From an uncultured Alphaproteobacteria bacterium (GTDB lineage: Bacteria; Pseudomonadota; Alphaproteobacteria; HIMB59; GCA-002718135): a stretch of 64,000 bases of DNA. The translations under genes and the position numbers were made by a program. The stretch's first letter is position 1. Every line of letters starts with the position of its first letter. The stretch covers positions 2,101 through 66,100 of the forward strand of contig CACOVJ010000003.1 in the NCBI GenBank assembly GCA_902630465.1, given 5' to 3'. This document shows positions 1-8,754 of this stretch, piece by piece. The notes under the pieces were generated by a model, which did no database searches, was not told the origin of the DNA, and saw nothing but the letters and a program-made list of their open reading frames with translations.

Positions 1-12
1 TGGAAATAAATA

Positions 13-714
13 GTGAGTGAAGTGAATTGGAGATACTTAGGTGAAGTTGGTTATGAAGGTGATAAAGTAATTATCACTGACTCAGAAAATTTTCCCAAGT
101 TCTTTGATCCGCGTCCTTCTTTGATTATATTGACAGAAGAAGAAATGAAACAAACTCAAAAAATAAGAGCGGAGAAATATCCTGATTTAAGAAATGATAA
201 TTTTAAAAAACTAAATACCAATATTGATTATATCGATAGATATGGAAATATTGATCTTCATGAGCACCCTACTTGTGTATCTATTAATAATTACTCTGGT
301 TATAAAATTCCCTGGATATATGGTGTTATGGGTAAGTTTGAAGCCTACGGTAATTGCCTATCAAATAAAGTTATTGATATCCTAGTTTATAACAATCGAT
401 CCAATATTAATAAAAATTCAGAAACTAAAATAAGGAAAGTTTGTTCAATAGAGATCTATTCAGGCTGTATTGGAATTGATGAACCAGTTTTTATGGGCAA
501 GAATGAATTATTAGAGTCTAAATTCAACTTAAAGTGTCCTCAAGGAAATGGTCACTATGATATCTCTCAGATAGAGATAGTTCAAGGTAATGAGTTTCAA
601 AAAGAACCTTTTGGAACTGCAGTAAATCTTAGTGGTGAAAATTCTTTAAGCGAAGAAAGGGTTCAAGATCTAATTAACTTTATTAAAAAAAGATCTGAAT
701 CAAAAATAATATAA
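13..714 (+). CDS. hypothetical protein with no family I recognise; lies on the island side of the tRNA-Gly/integrase remnant
   Basis: 233-aa ORF with GTG at 13 and an in-frame stop at 7-9; later ATG starts are possible. No recognisable motif. Contains HEHPTC and several Cys. Its 3' end overlaps the tail of the integrase-remnant ORF. Confidence 0.45.
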   Translation: MSEVNWRYLGEVGYEGDKVIITDSENFPKFFDPRPSLIILTEEEMKQTQKIRAEKYPDLRNDNFKKLNTNIDYIDRYGNIDLHEHPTCVSINNYSGYKIPWIYGVMGKFEAYGNCLSNKVIDILVYNNRSNINKNSETKIRKVCSIEIYSGCIGIDEPVFMGKNELLESKFNLKCPQGNGHYDISQIEIVQGNEFQKEPFGTAVNLSGENSLSEERVQDLINFIKKRSESKII

Positions 715-1055
715 TTTAATAAAAAAGGGCTAGTGATAGGCCTTACCACTAACCCAGCTTGCTTATAAACTAATAGAAGCTGTCGCAATCGATATTCCTC
801 GTTCTTCCACTGCTTTTTCTTCTTATGTTTTTCTTCATTGATATAACGCTTGAACAAATCGCCCAATGTTACTTTAGACGCTGAAGAATAATCCGAGTAA
901 TCGCCTTTATCTAATTTTGTTTCCATGGACCTAGACCACCTTTTGGCTTCTGTTCTCGTGAGAAAAGATTTGGTAATTGTCTTGATACCCAATCGCCTTA
1001 TGCGAACTTGGTAACTAGTTTTATTTAAGTATTTACGTTTTTGAATTGTAGCCAT
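663..1055 (-). pseudogene. truncated tyrosine-recombinase (phage-type integrase); only the N-terminal arm/SAM-like part remains
   Basis: The first ~95 aa (MATIQKRKYLNKTSYQVRIRRLGIKTITKSFLTRTEAKRWSRSMETKLDKGDY...LGDLFKRYI) resemble the N-termini of tRNA-associated integrases. Full-length enzymes are 330-400 aa, and no catalytic R..HxxR..Y region is present. The ORF tail (663-~780) reads through a terminator-like hairpin. The gene lies directly 3' of tRNA-Gly. Confidence 0.55.
721..755 (-). terminator. putative intrinsic terminator (minus-strand sense)
   Basis: Arms GGGCTAGTG (727-735) and CACTAACCC (747-755) pair 8/9 around an 11-nt loop. The plus-strand A6 at 721-726 gives a U-run after the hairpin on the minus strand. 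Confidence 0.4.
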
Positions 1056-1100
1056 AAGTTCTCTCTTTCTAGGAAAAGTTTGGCTCTATTGGATCGTAAG

Positions 1101-1127
1101 TGGAGCGTTAGAATCTAACCCGCTCAA
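1101..1127 (-). repeat. degenerate partial copy of the tRNA-Gly 3' end (possible att scar)
   Basis: TGGAGCG at 1101-1107 repeats TGGAGCG at 1131-1137. GAATCTAACCC resembles the T-arm GATTCGAACCC. In hand alignment about 9/13 of the T-arm and 7/7 of the acceptor 3' end match. Confidence 0.3.
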
Positions 1128-1130
1128 AAT

Positions 1131-1205
1131 TGGAGCGGGCGAAGGGATTCGAACCCTCGACTTCAACCTTGGCAAGGTTGCGCTCTACCCCTGAGCTACG
1201 CCCGC
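1131..1205 (-). tRNA. tRNA-Gly (anticodon GCC), CCA encoded
   Basis: The reverse complement GCGGGCGTAGCTCAGGGGTAGAGCGCAACCTTGCCAAGGTTGAAGTCGAGGGTTCGAATCCCTTCGCCCGCTCCA folds as a cloverleaf: 7-bp acceptor, anticodon loop TTGCCAA, T-loop TTCGAAT, discriminator U. Confidence 0.92.
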
Positions 1206-1259
1206 ATAATTTACACAATTACCACTTTGAATTTATAAGTCAATATTTGAGAAAACGAT

Positions 1260-2078
1260 TTATTTAAATCTTCTTCTGTAGACAATATCAACAAGTAACA
1301 TATGGGGAAGCGTTAAGGCAGCAAGGCCAATGAAAATTACTTTTAATATTGACTCATATAATGATAAGTTTTGAACCAAATAGTAAATAATTCCCAAACC
1401 TCCAATCCAAGAAATTATTGTAAAAATTATTGTAGAGTAAATAACAAAGTATTTATTTTCTAAATTTAAATAAATATTTTTAATCAAATGTTTTAAATGT
1501 TTGTAAGTGTGAAAAAAACAGAAATATATTGCAAAGCTTAGTAATGGATCAAAAAAATAAAAAATTAATAAAAGAAATAGAATCTCAATAATTCCTTTTC
1601 GTAATTTCTTTTCGAAGGAGGAGAGATAAATAAAATATATTATAGATAATAATGTTAAAAAATATGGTATAAAAAAATATTTTTGGATTGAGTAAATATT
1701 CTTATTTGTCAGATATTCAAATATCAAAAATGATTGATCTTCGTTGAAAAATATTATTCCAAAAATAATAGTCATTCCATAAGTAAAACTTATAGAATAC
1801 TTATATTTTTTTATTTTAAAATTTGTCCAATCACATAATCCAAAATGAGCAATAGTCATAATAATAAAAATCGTTAGCGCAATAATAGGAAAATATAACC
1901 AAAATAAAATGACTAGAAAGAATAAAATTAGATAGTAAAATATAAATTGTAGAAATTGAATTCTGTTTCTAAAACCTACTAATGAAGCAACTGCACCGTC
2001 AAATGAACCATGTGGAAGACCGATGAAAAAAATTAATAAAAAAGAAATAATATTTAAAGTTGTAAGGTTAGATAACAT
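1260..2078 (-). CDS. blh: Brp/Blh-family beta-carotene 15,15'-dioxygenase (retinal synthesis)
   Basis: 272-aa polytopic membrane protein with conserved His positions (LPHGSFD, IAHFG, FFHTYKH, LPHM). It is the last gene of the crtIBY operon. Confidence 0.8.
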   Translation of the reverse strand: MLSNLTTLNIISFLLIFFIGLPHGSFDGAVASLVGFRNRIQFLQFIFYYLILFFLVILFWLYFPIIALTIFIIMTIAHFGLCDWTNFKIKKYKYSISFTYGMTIIFGIIFFNEDQSFLIFEYLTNKNIYSIQKYFFIPYFLTLLSIIYFIYLSSFEKKLRKGIIEILFLLLIFYFFDPLLSFAIYFCFFHTYKHLKHLIKNIYLNLENKYFVIYSTIIFTIISWIGGLGIIYYLVQNLSLYESILKVIFIGLAALTLPHMLLVDIVYRRRFK

Positions 2079-2079
2079 A

Positions 2080-3162
2080 TTATTTAAGTAATTCTTTTAT
2101 AAAAGGAAGCTTGGGCATACTGTTTATAATTTTTAACTTAGTAAGTAAATTTGATTCACCCATCATAAAACTTTGGAATTCATTTCCATTTAGATTAGAT
2201 GCAAGCTTTAAAAATGATCTTCCATCTTCTCTATTATTTTTTAAAAAATTAATAAAAACTTTATCCATTTTTCTTTCTAAAAAATTATGGATTTTTACAT
2301 AGTTTTTCTTTGATTTTTTTAACAATAGGATTTGTTTTATAAGAAATGAAAAGGCATATCCAGTAGAAGGCTTGCAAGCGCCTCCTCTGATACCAATATT
2401 GAAGATATTAGAATTAACCGATCTTTTCTCCCCTGCAAAAAACATTGGTATTACTCCTTTTTCTGAACTCTGTTCATTAAATTTATTAATATTATTTTTC
2501 TTTAAGTAATCATTTATTTTTTCTCTATACCAAGAGCTGTGAAAAACATCTTTTGAAAAAACCGTCGATTCAATAAGCGCTTTATTGTGACTAAATGGAA
2601 GGATGTAAATAAAATGTAAAATATCATTTTCTTCGGTAAAGTGCATCAAGGTTAATTTATTTTCATTAAAAGTATTATCTGCCACAGTAATATTGATTCC
2701 AAAAAAATGTTGTAATAATTCACCTTTTTTTTCTTTTGCTGATCGTGAATCATATATATTTTCAGCGTAATATATTTTGTCATCAGCAGTGATTATTTTA
2801 AAATAATTTTGTTCAGGAAAATATTGATCAACTTGTTTGTTTATGATTTCTAATTTATTTTTTGTTTCTAAACAAAATTTTTTCCAAGTTTTAAAACTAA
2901 TGACACAATAAGGTTTATCTAAACTTGTATGTGTTACATCAGTATTTTTATTACCAATAGTCCATTTATACCATTTTTTTTCAATAATTTTTTCAAAAGG
3001 CTTCATCCAATCTGTTAACCAAAAACCAAAAAAATTATCTCTTTTGTTTATATCTGCGCTTTCAAATGCAATAATTTCGTTATAGCTATCTCCGTAAAGA
3101 ATTTTGTTTGCAGCTAAACCACTAGGGCCTAAGCCAATTATTGCAGCTTTATAAATTTTCAT
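2080..3162 (-). CDS. crtY: lycopene beta-cyclase
   Basis: N-terminal FAD/Rossmann motif IIGLGPSGLA. 360 aa. Position between crtB and blh, with a 14-nt overlap with crtB. Confidence 0.8.
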   Translation of the reverse strand: MKIYKAAIIGLGPSGLAANKILYGDSYNEIIAFESADINKRDNFFGFWLTDWMKPFEKIIEKKWYKWTIGNKNTDVTHTSLDKPYCVISFKTWKKFCLETKNKLEIINKQVDQYFPEQNYFKIITADDKIYYAENIYDSRSAKEKKGELLQHFFGINITVADNTFNENKLTLMHFTEENDILHFIYILPFSHNKALIESTVFSKDVFHSSWYREKINDYLKKNNINKFNEQSSEKGVIPMFFAGEKRSVNSNIFNIGIRGGACKPSTGYAFSFLIKQILLLKKSKKNYVKIHNFLERKMDKVFINFLKNNREDGRSFLKLASNLNGNEFQSFMMGESNLLTKLKIINSMPKLPFIKELLK

Positions 3163-4030
3163 TTGGGATATTATCTCTAATTTTTTGATACTGATATTTC
3201 ATAAAAGGGATAAAAATAAAAAGTAAAATTGATTTAACTGTAATTAAAAATTTTTCTAATAAGTTTAAATATACCCTTTCTCTTAAATATTTTTTTTTAT
3301 TGGATTTTATCTTAATACCAATACCCCTGTAAATATTTGCAGCAATAAATATGCCTAGTCTGGTAGATAGGGGTATATATTTTAAACCAGCAAAACCATT
3401 TTCATAAAACTTATCTGAAAGGGCTATTACTTCATAAATTGCATTTGATATTCTCTCATCTTTTTCTAAACTTTTGTTATGAGGATCAGTTAAATTTTTT
3501 AATGATATATCAGGTATCCAATTAGCAGGTAAATATATTCTTTTCATTTTAGAATCTTCATAAACATCTCTTGCTATATTTGTTAGCTGCATTCCAATGC
3601 CTAAATCAATTGCGGATCTTGCAGCCATTTCATGTTTTACTCCTATAATTTTAGACATCATTAATCCAACAGTACCAGCAACGTGATAAGAGTATTTTAT
3701 AAGTTCTTTTTTGTTTTGAATTCTTATTTTTTTCTGATCCAAAATTAATCCCTCTATTAAATCTATAAAAATTAAATTGTTAATTTTATTTTTTTGCAAA
3801 AAAATATTTACTTTATTGTTTTTATTGGTCCTTATTTCTTCAATTGAATTTTTTAAATAGATAGTTTGATCTTCGCTATATTTATCAGCAATATCATCAA
3901 AATATCTACAAATTGAGTAAAGAGTGCCAGCATTTTTTTTGTAACTTTTTGGTAAAAAAAAACTTGCCCAATAAAAACTTTTACCCTCTCTTTTAAGGTC
4001 AATCGATGAATTAAGCTTTAAATCAATCAT
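3149..4030 (-). CDS. crtB: phytoene synthase
   Basis: Squalene/phytoene synthase motifs YSICRYFDDIAD, AGTVGLMM and NIARDVYED. Confidence 0.9.
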   Translation of the reverse strand: MIDLKLNSSIDLKREGKSFYWASFFLPKSYKKNAGTLYSICRYFDDIADKYSEDQTIYLKNSIEEIRTNKNNKVNIFLQKNKINNLIFIDLIEGLILDQKKIRIQNKKELIKYSYHVAGTVGLMMSKIIGVKHEMAARSAIDLGIGMQLTNIARDVYEDSKMKRIYLPANWIPDISLKNLTDPHNKSLEKDERISNAIYEVIALSDKFYENGFAGLKYIPLSTRLGIFIAANIYRGIGIKIKSNKKKYLRERVYLNLLEKFLITVKSILLFIFIPFMKYQYQKIRDNIPNENL

Positions 4031-4032
4031 TG

Positions 4033-5508
4033 TTATTTTAGTTCAGCTTTGATTAAATTTTCGACAACTTTAGCTGATGATAAAACGCCCGGTATTCCTG
4101 CACCTGGGTGTGATCCTGCGGCGGAAAAATATAAGTTTTTAATTTTTTTATCCTTGTTGTGGTATCTAAACCAAGCTGACTGTGTAAAAATAGGTGCTAT
4201 TGAAAAACCTGCTCCATGCATAGAATTGTAATCATTTTTAAAATCTTTAGGATTCATCCAAAAAACATCAGTAATATTTTTTTCTAAATCTGGCATAATT
4301 GTTTGTGATAATTCTTTAACTATTTTATTTTTAAGATTTTCTGATTCGATATTCCAATCGATATTACCTTGTAAATTAGGCACTGGGCATAAAACATAAA
4401 AGCTATCACAACCTTCTGGAGCAAATGATTTGTCTGTTGCAGTAGGTCTGTGTATATATAAAGAAAAGTCTTCAGACAAAATTTTATTTTTAAAAATATC
4501 ATGAAGCAGAGACTTAAATCTTTCTGTCATCCAAATAGTATGATGAGCAACCTTATGATATTGTTTTTTCGTTCCAAAGAAAAGTACAAAGAGGCCCATT
4601 GAATATAATAAGTTTTTTTCTCTTAATATAGGTCTGCTTAAATTTTCCTTTTTTAAAAGTTTGGAATAAACCATTGGTGGATCAGCATTACAAACAACCA
4701 GATCTAGATCGGTTATTTCTTCGTTGTTTGTTAATATTTTTGTTATTTTATTATTTTCAACAACAAACTCTTTTGCCTCTGTGTTTGTTTTAATTTTAAT
4801 ACCACACTCAATCATTAGTTTTTTTAACTCGGATACTATTTTACCAGTACCACCCATACAAAAAAACACTCCCCATTTTCTCTCTAAGTAATGAATTAAA
4901 GCATAAATCGATGTTGTTGTGTGTGGATCACCTCCAACTAAAAGTGGATGAATTGAAAATGCTTTTCTAAGATATGGATTTTTCAGATAACTATTTACAA
5001 GTTGAGAAACAGTAAAATAACTTTTTAAAACTATTAAATTAGGAATTACTCCTAACATTTTAAAAAAAGAAATAAATGGCTTATGGGCTAGTTCTGTAAA
5101 ACCTATATCAAATATTTTTTTTGATTGATTTAATAGCTTATTATATCCTTTTATATCATCTTCATCATATTTACTTATTTCACTATTTGTTTTTTCCACA
5201 GTAGAGCAATAATCAAATGTTTTACCGTCATGAAAATAATATCTATACCAAGGCTCAAGTGGAACAAAATTTAGATAATCTTCTCTTTTTTTTCCAAATA
5301 GGCTGAATAGTTCATCAAAAAGAAAGGGTGCAGTTATAACTGTAGGGCCAGCATCATGTTTAAAACCATTAACTTCAAAGACTCTTGCTCTTCCTCCTAA
5401 GTTTTCAAGCTTTTCAATAATGGTGGTATCATATCCAAGTTTTTTTAATCTTAAACTTATTGCAATTCCTCCGAAACCGCTTCCTATGACTACTGCTTTT
5501 TTTCTCAT
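4033..5508 (-). CDS. crtI: phytoene desaturase
   Basis: N-terminal VVIGSGFGGIA...IEK dinucleotide fold and the C-terminal GAGIPGV motif typical of CrtI. 491 aa. Confidence 0.9.
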   Translation of the reverse strand: MRKKAVVIGSGFGGIAISLRLKKLGYDTTIIEKLENLGGRARVFEVNGFKHDAGPTVITAPFLFDELFSLFGKKREDYLNFVPLEPWYRYYFHDGKTFDYCSTVEKTNSEISKYDEDDIKGYNKLLNQSKKIFDIGFTELAHKPFISFFKMLGVIPNLIVLKSYFTVSQLVNSYLKNPYLRKAFSIHPLLVGGDPHTTTSIYALIHYLERKWGVFFCMGGTGKIVSELKKLMIECGIKIKTNTEAKEFVVENNKITKILTNNEEITDLDLVVCNADPPMVYSKLLKKENLSRPILREKNLLYSMGLFVLFFGTKKQYHKVAHHTIWMTERFKSLLHDIFKNKILSEDFSLYIHRPTATDKSFAPEGCDSFYVLCPVPNLQGNIDWNIESENLKNKIVKELSQTIMPDLEKNITDVFWMNPKDFKNDYNSMHGAGFSIAPIFTQSAWFRYHNKDKKIKNLYFSAAGSHPGAGIPGVLSSAKVVENLIKAELK

Positions 5509-5565
5509 TGTTAATTTAGTAATTGTGTTTAAATACCTTATTTCTTAATAATTATAATATTAATT

Positions 5566-6078
5566 ATGCTTACAAAAACAGATTTATTTGAATTACTTAG
5601 GGCAAATAATATAGATTTTCAAATTCATGATCACGATCCTTTGTTTACAGTTGAGGATTCTGAAAATTTTAGGGGTGAGATAAAAGGGTCTCATTCAAAA
5701 AATCTTTTTTTAAAGAATAAAAAAAATAATTTTTTTCTTTTTAGCTGTGATGAGAAGGCTCAAGTGAATTTAAAACAATTTTCTAAATCAATAGGTGCCA
5801 AAAACTTATCTTTTGCTAATGAAAAATATCTTGAAAATTTCTTAGGAATAAAACCTGGTTCCGTTTCACCATTTGCGCTACTTAATGATAGTGAGAATGT
5901 TGTTAAATTCTATTTAGATGAAAAACTTTTTAAAAGTAGTCTAATAAATTTTCACCCACTAATTAATACTACTACCATAACAGTAAAAACTTCAGAGTTT
6001 ATTAATTTCATTATTGAAAATAATAAAAAAATTCATATTTTTTCATTAAATAGTTATGATATAGTTGATGTTTTATGA
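5566..6078 (+). CDS. YbaK/ProX-type aminoacyl-tRNA deacylase domain protein
   Basis: 170 aa. HSKNLFLKNKK and GSVSPFAL segments resemble prolyl-tRNA-synthetase-associated editing domains. Confidence 0.65.
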   Translation: MLTKTDLFELLRANNIDFQIHDHDPLFTVEDSENFRGEIKGSHSKNLFLKNKKNNFFLFSCDEKAQVNLKQFSKSIGAKNLSFANEKYLENFLGIKPGSVSPFALLNDSENVVKFYLDEKLFKSSLINFHPLINTTTITVKTSEFINFIIENNKKIHIFSLNSYDIVDVL

Positions 6079-6938
6079 ACGATAAAAATATTATTGATGT
6101 TAGTGAAGCTGAATTTAATGATCAAGTAGTTGAAGCAAGTTCAAATAAATTAATCATTGTTGATTTTTGGGCTCCATGGTGTGGACCATGCAAACAATTG
6201 ACTCCTATTTTAGAAAAAATTATTAAAGGCTGTGGTGATAAAGTAACATTGGTGAAAATTAATATAGATGATAATCAACAAATAGCTGCTCAGTTACGAA
6301 TACAATCCATACCAACTGTTTATGCTTTTAAAGATAAACAAATTTTGAATGCATTTCAAGGTGTGCTCCCCGAAAAGCAAATAATTGATTTTATAGAAAA
6401 ATGTTTAGGTTCAAAAATTAATGAAGATTTTTCAGAATTTTACAACCAAATCAAATTATCAATGTCTGAAAATAAATTTGAGGAAACAAAAGATGTCTTG
6501 TTAGAATTTATTTCAAAAAACCCTGATGAAATAAAAGCTATTAGTGCTTATCTGGAGTGTCTAATTGAATTAAAACAATTTGAAGAAGTTGATGAATTTA
6601 TTCAGTCTTTAGAGAAAGAGATTCAAGATAAGGATGAAATCAAACAGTTGGTAAAAAAATTAGAAATTATAAAAAGTAATATGGGTGGACCAAATATTGA
6701 AGAATTAATTACAGAATTGAACAAAAAGCCAAATGATATAGATCTAATTATAGAGATAGCAGATAAATATTTCTCTGTGCAAAAATATGATGAAAGTATG
6801 GAGATATTATTAAAAAACTATTCAAAAAATAAAGCTAAAGTTAAAGAAAAGATGTTGGAATTTTTTTCTGTACTGGGTAACTCTAACGAATATACAATTA
6901 CTTATAGAAAGAGACTTTCACAAATTATGTTTTCTTAA
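6075..6938 (+). CDS. thioredoxin-domain protein with helical TPR-like C-terminal domain (YbbN/CnoX-like architecture)
   Basis: Intact WAPWCGPCK active site, followed by a ~170-aa helical repeat region. Confidence 0.85.
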   Translation: MNDKNIIDVSEAEFNDQVVEASSNKLIIVDFWAPWCGPCKQLTPILEKIIKGCGDKVTLVKINIDDNQQIAAQLRIQSIPTVYAFKDKQILNAFQGVLPEKQIIDFIEKCLGSKINEDFSEFYNQIKLSMSENKFEETKDVLLEFISKNPDEIKAISAYLECLIELKQFEEVDEFIQSLEKEIQDKDEIKQLVKKLEIIKSNMGGPNIEELITELNKKPNDIDLIIEIADKYFSVQKYDESMEILLKNYSKNKAKVKEKMLEFFSVLGNSNEYTITYRKRLSQIMFS

Positions 6939-6939
6939 A

Positions 6940-7533
6940 ATGGAATTACCTATTTTTCCTTTAAATGGTGCAGTTTTATTTCCTGACACAAGCTTGCCCT
7001 TAAATATCTTTGAAAAGCGATATCTGGAGATGGTTGATCATGCATTATCAAAAAATAGGTTTATTGGTATGATACAGACTAAGGATAATGGACAGTTATT
7101 TAATGTCGGGTGTATGGGTAAAATCCACAGCTTTAATGAGACAAGTGACGGTAGATATTTAATTAGCTTACAAGGTATTAGCTGTTTTAAAGTTATGGAA
7201 GAGTTAAAAACAAGTTACAATTTTAGATCAGTGAAGGCTAATAAATTAGATAATAAAATTGATAATTATATTTTTTCAGATGATCAAAAGAATTTATTAT
7301 TAAAACTTTATGCAGATTACATAAGTATAAAAAATATAAATTTAAATTTAAAAGATATTGAAAATATTGAGATGGATCAAATAATAAAATTCATTGCAAT
7401 GGTTTCTCCATTTAATAACATAGATAAACAAGCCTTGTTAGAAGCCGATAGTCTTTTAGAGTTTTTTAACAAACTATTATCAATTTTTGAATTAGAACTT
7501 GCTGGAGATATTTCTAGTAAGTCGATTAATTAA
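6940..7533 (+). CDS. LON N-terminal (substrate-binding) domain protein
   Basis: LPIFPLNGAVLFPDTSLPLNIFEKRY matches the start of the Lon N-domain. 197 aa, with no ATPase or protease part. Confidence 0.75.
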   Translation: MELPIFPLNGAVLFPDTSLPLNIFEKRYLEMVDHALSKNRFIGMIQTKDNGQLFNVGCMGKIHSFNETSDGRYLISLQGISCFKVMEELKTSYNFRSVKANKLDNKIDNYIFSDDQKNLLLKLYADYISIKNINLNLKDIENIEMDQIIKFIAMVSPFNNIDKQALLEADSLLEFFNKLLSIFELELAGDISSKSIN

Positions 7534-8749
7534 TACCCATTGCAAAATCACTGATCATATTGTTAATTTTTTTATTTTTTTGAATTAAATTTAGACCAGT
7601 GGATCGCAACAGACCAATAAAAGGGTTTTGAATTTGAAAAATATTATCTAGCTTGTCCGTTATTTGATAAAGCTTATAGGCATTATAAAAATTATCTGAA
7701 TGATATTTTCTACAAAATATACTATCACCTATTTCAATACCAAGAGATTTATATTTTTGAATTAAGTAAAAAAGATTTTCAATATCTTTAATTCCTAAAT
7801 TCCAACCTTGTCCTGCAATGGGGTGGAATGAGTGAGCAGCATCTCCTATATAAATTGTTTTATTTTCGTAAAATTTTGTGTTTAAATGTGCACTCAAAGG
7901 AAATAGCTGTTTGGTTAAGATTTTATTTATTCTTCCAACAGAATGAAGGGTGTTTGAATTTAAAATGTTTGCAAGCTTATCGTTGTCTAGTTTTAATAGT
8001 TCTTTTAAATAATAATTTTCATTCGTCCAAACTATGGAGCTTGAATGTTTATTTTTTATGTTTTTCATTGGCAATATTGCAAGTGGTCCATTTTTATAGA
8101 AAAATTCAAAAGCTGTTGAATTGTGATCTCGAGAATGAGTGAATGTAAGCACTAAAGCATTTTTATTATAGTTTTTTGTGTAAACAGGAGTCTTAAATAA
8201 ATTTCTAACAAAGCTGTGTTTTCCATCAGCAGCAATGTTTAAATTAGATATGATTTTACAATCATTAAGATTAGTGACAATTAAATCATTTTCATATTGA
8301 AAATTTGTAATATTGGAATCATTTATTAATTTAACATTTTTACTTTTTTTTAATTTATTATAAATAGCATCTAAAATATATCTATTTTTTATAATGTAAC
8401 CCAGGTTAGAACTTCTTCTGTTATTATCAAATTCTAGTGAGTTAGATATTTTTCTATCTATAACTTTTATTTTTTTTATGGGCTGAGCATTTTTCTTAAT
8501 ATCATTCCAAAAATTGATTTTTTCAAAAAATTTTTTTGAACCCTCAGATATTGCAACTGTTCTATAGTCGTTATAGTTTAAATTCGTATACGCTTCTTTT
8601 TTTTCAGTAATAATAATTTTTAAGTCAAGCAATGATAGGGAGTAGGCCAGGGTTGCGCCTATTAAACCTCCCCCTATTATATTGATATTTGAGTGTATTT
8701 CCTTCATAATTTTCTTCGAATTACCATAATCTGAATGTATTACAATCAA
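7526..8749 (-). CDS. UbiH/UbiF/Coq6-family FAD-dependent ubiquinone-biosynthesis hydroxylase
   Basis: GGGLIGATLA dinucleotide motif and GDAAHSFHPIAGQGWNLGIKD. The likely true start is M15 (8707), immediately before the GxGxxG motif. Confidence 0.8.
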   Translation of the reverse strand: MIVIHSDYGNSKKIMKEIHSNINIIGGGLIGATLAYSLSLLDLKIIITEKKEAYTNLNYNDYRTVAISEGSKKFFEKINFWNDIKKNAQPIKKIKVIDRKISNSLEFDNNRRSSNLGYIIKNRYILDAIYNKLKKSKNVKLINDSNITNFQYENDLIVTNLNDCKIISNLNIAADGKHSFVRNLFKTPVYTKNYNKNALVLTFTHSRDHNSTAFEFFYKNGPLAILPMKNIKNKHSSSIVWTNENYYLKELLKLDNDKLANILNSNTLHSVGRINKILTKQLFPLSAHLNTKFYENKTIYIGDAAHSFHPIAGQGWNLGIKDIENLFYLIQKYKSLGIEIGDSIFCRKYHSDNFYNAYKLYQITDKLDNIFQIQNPFIGLLRSTGLNLIQKNKKINNMISDFAMGIN

Positions 8750-8754
8750 ACTAT

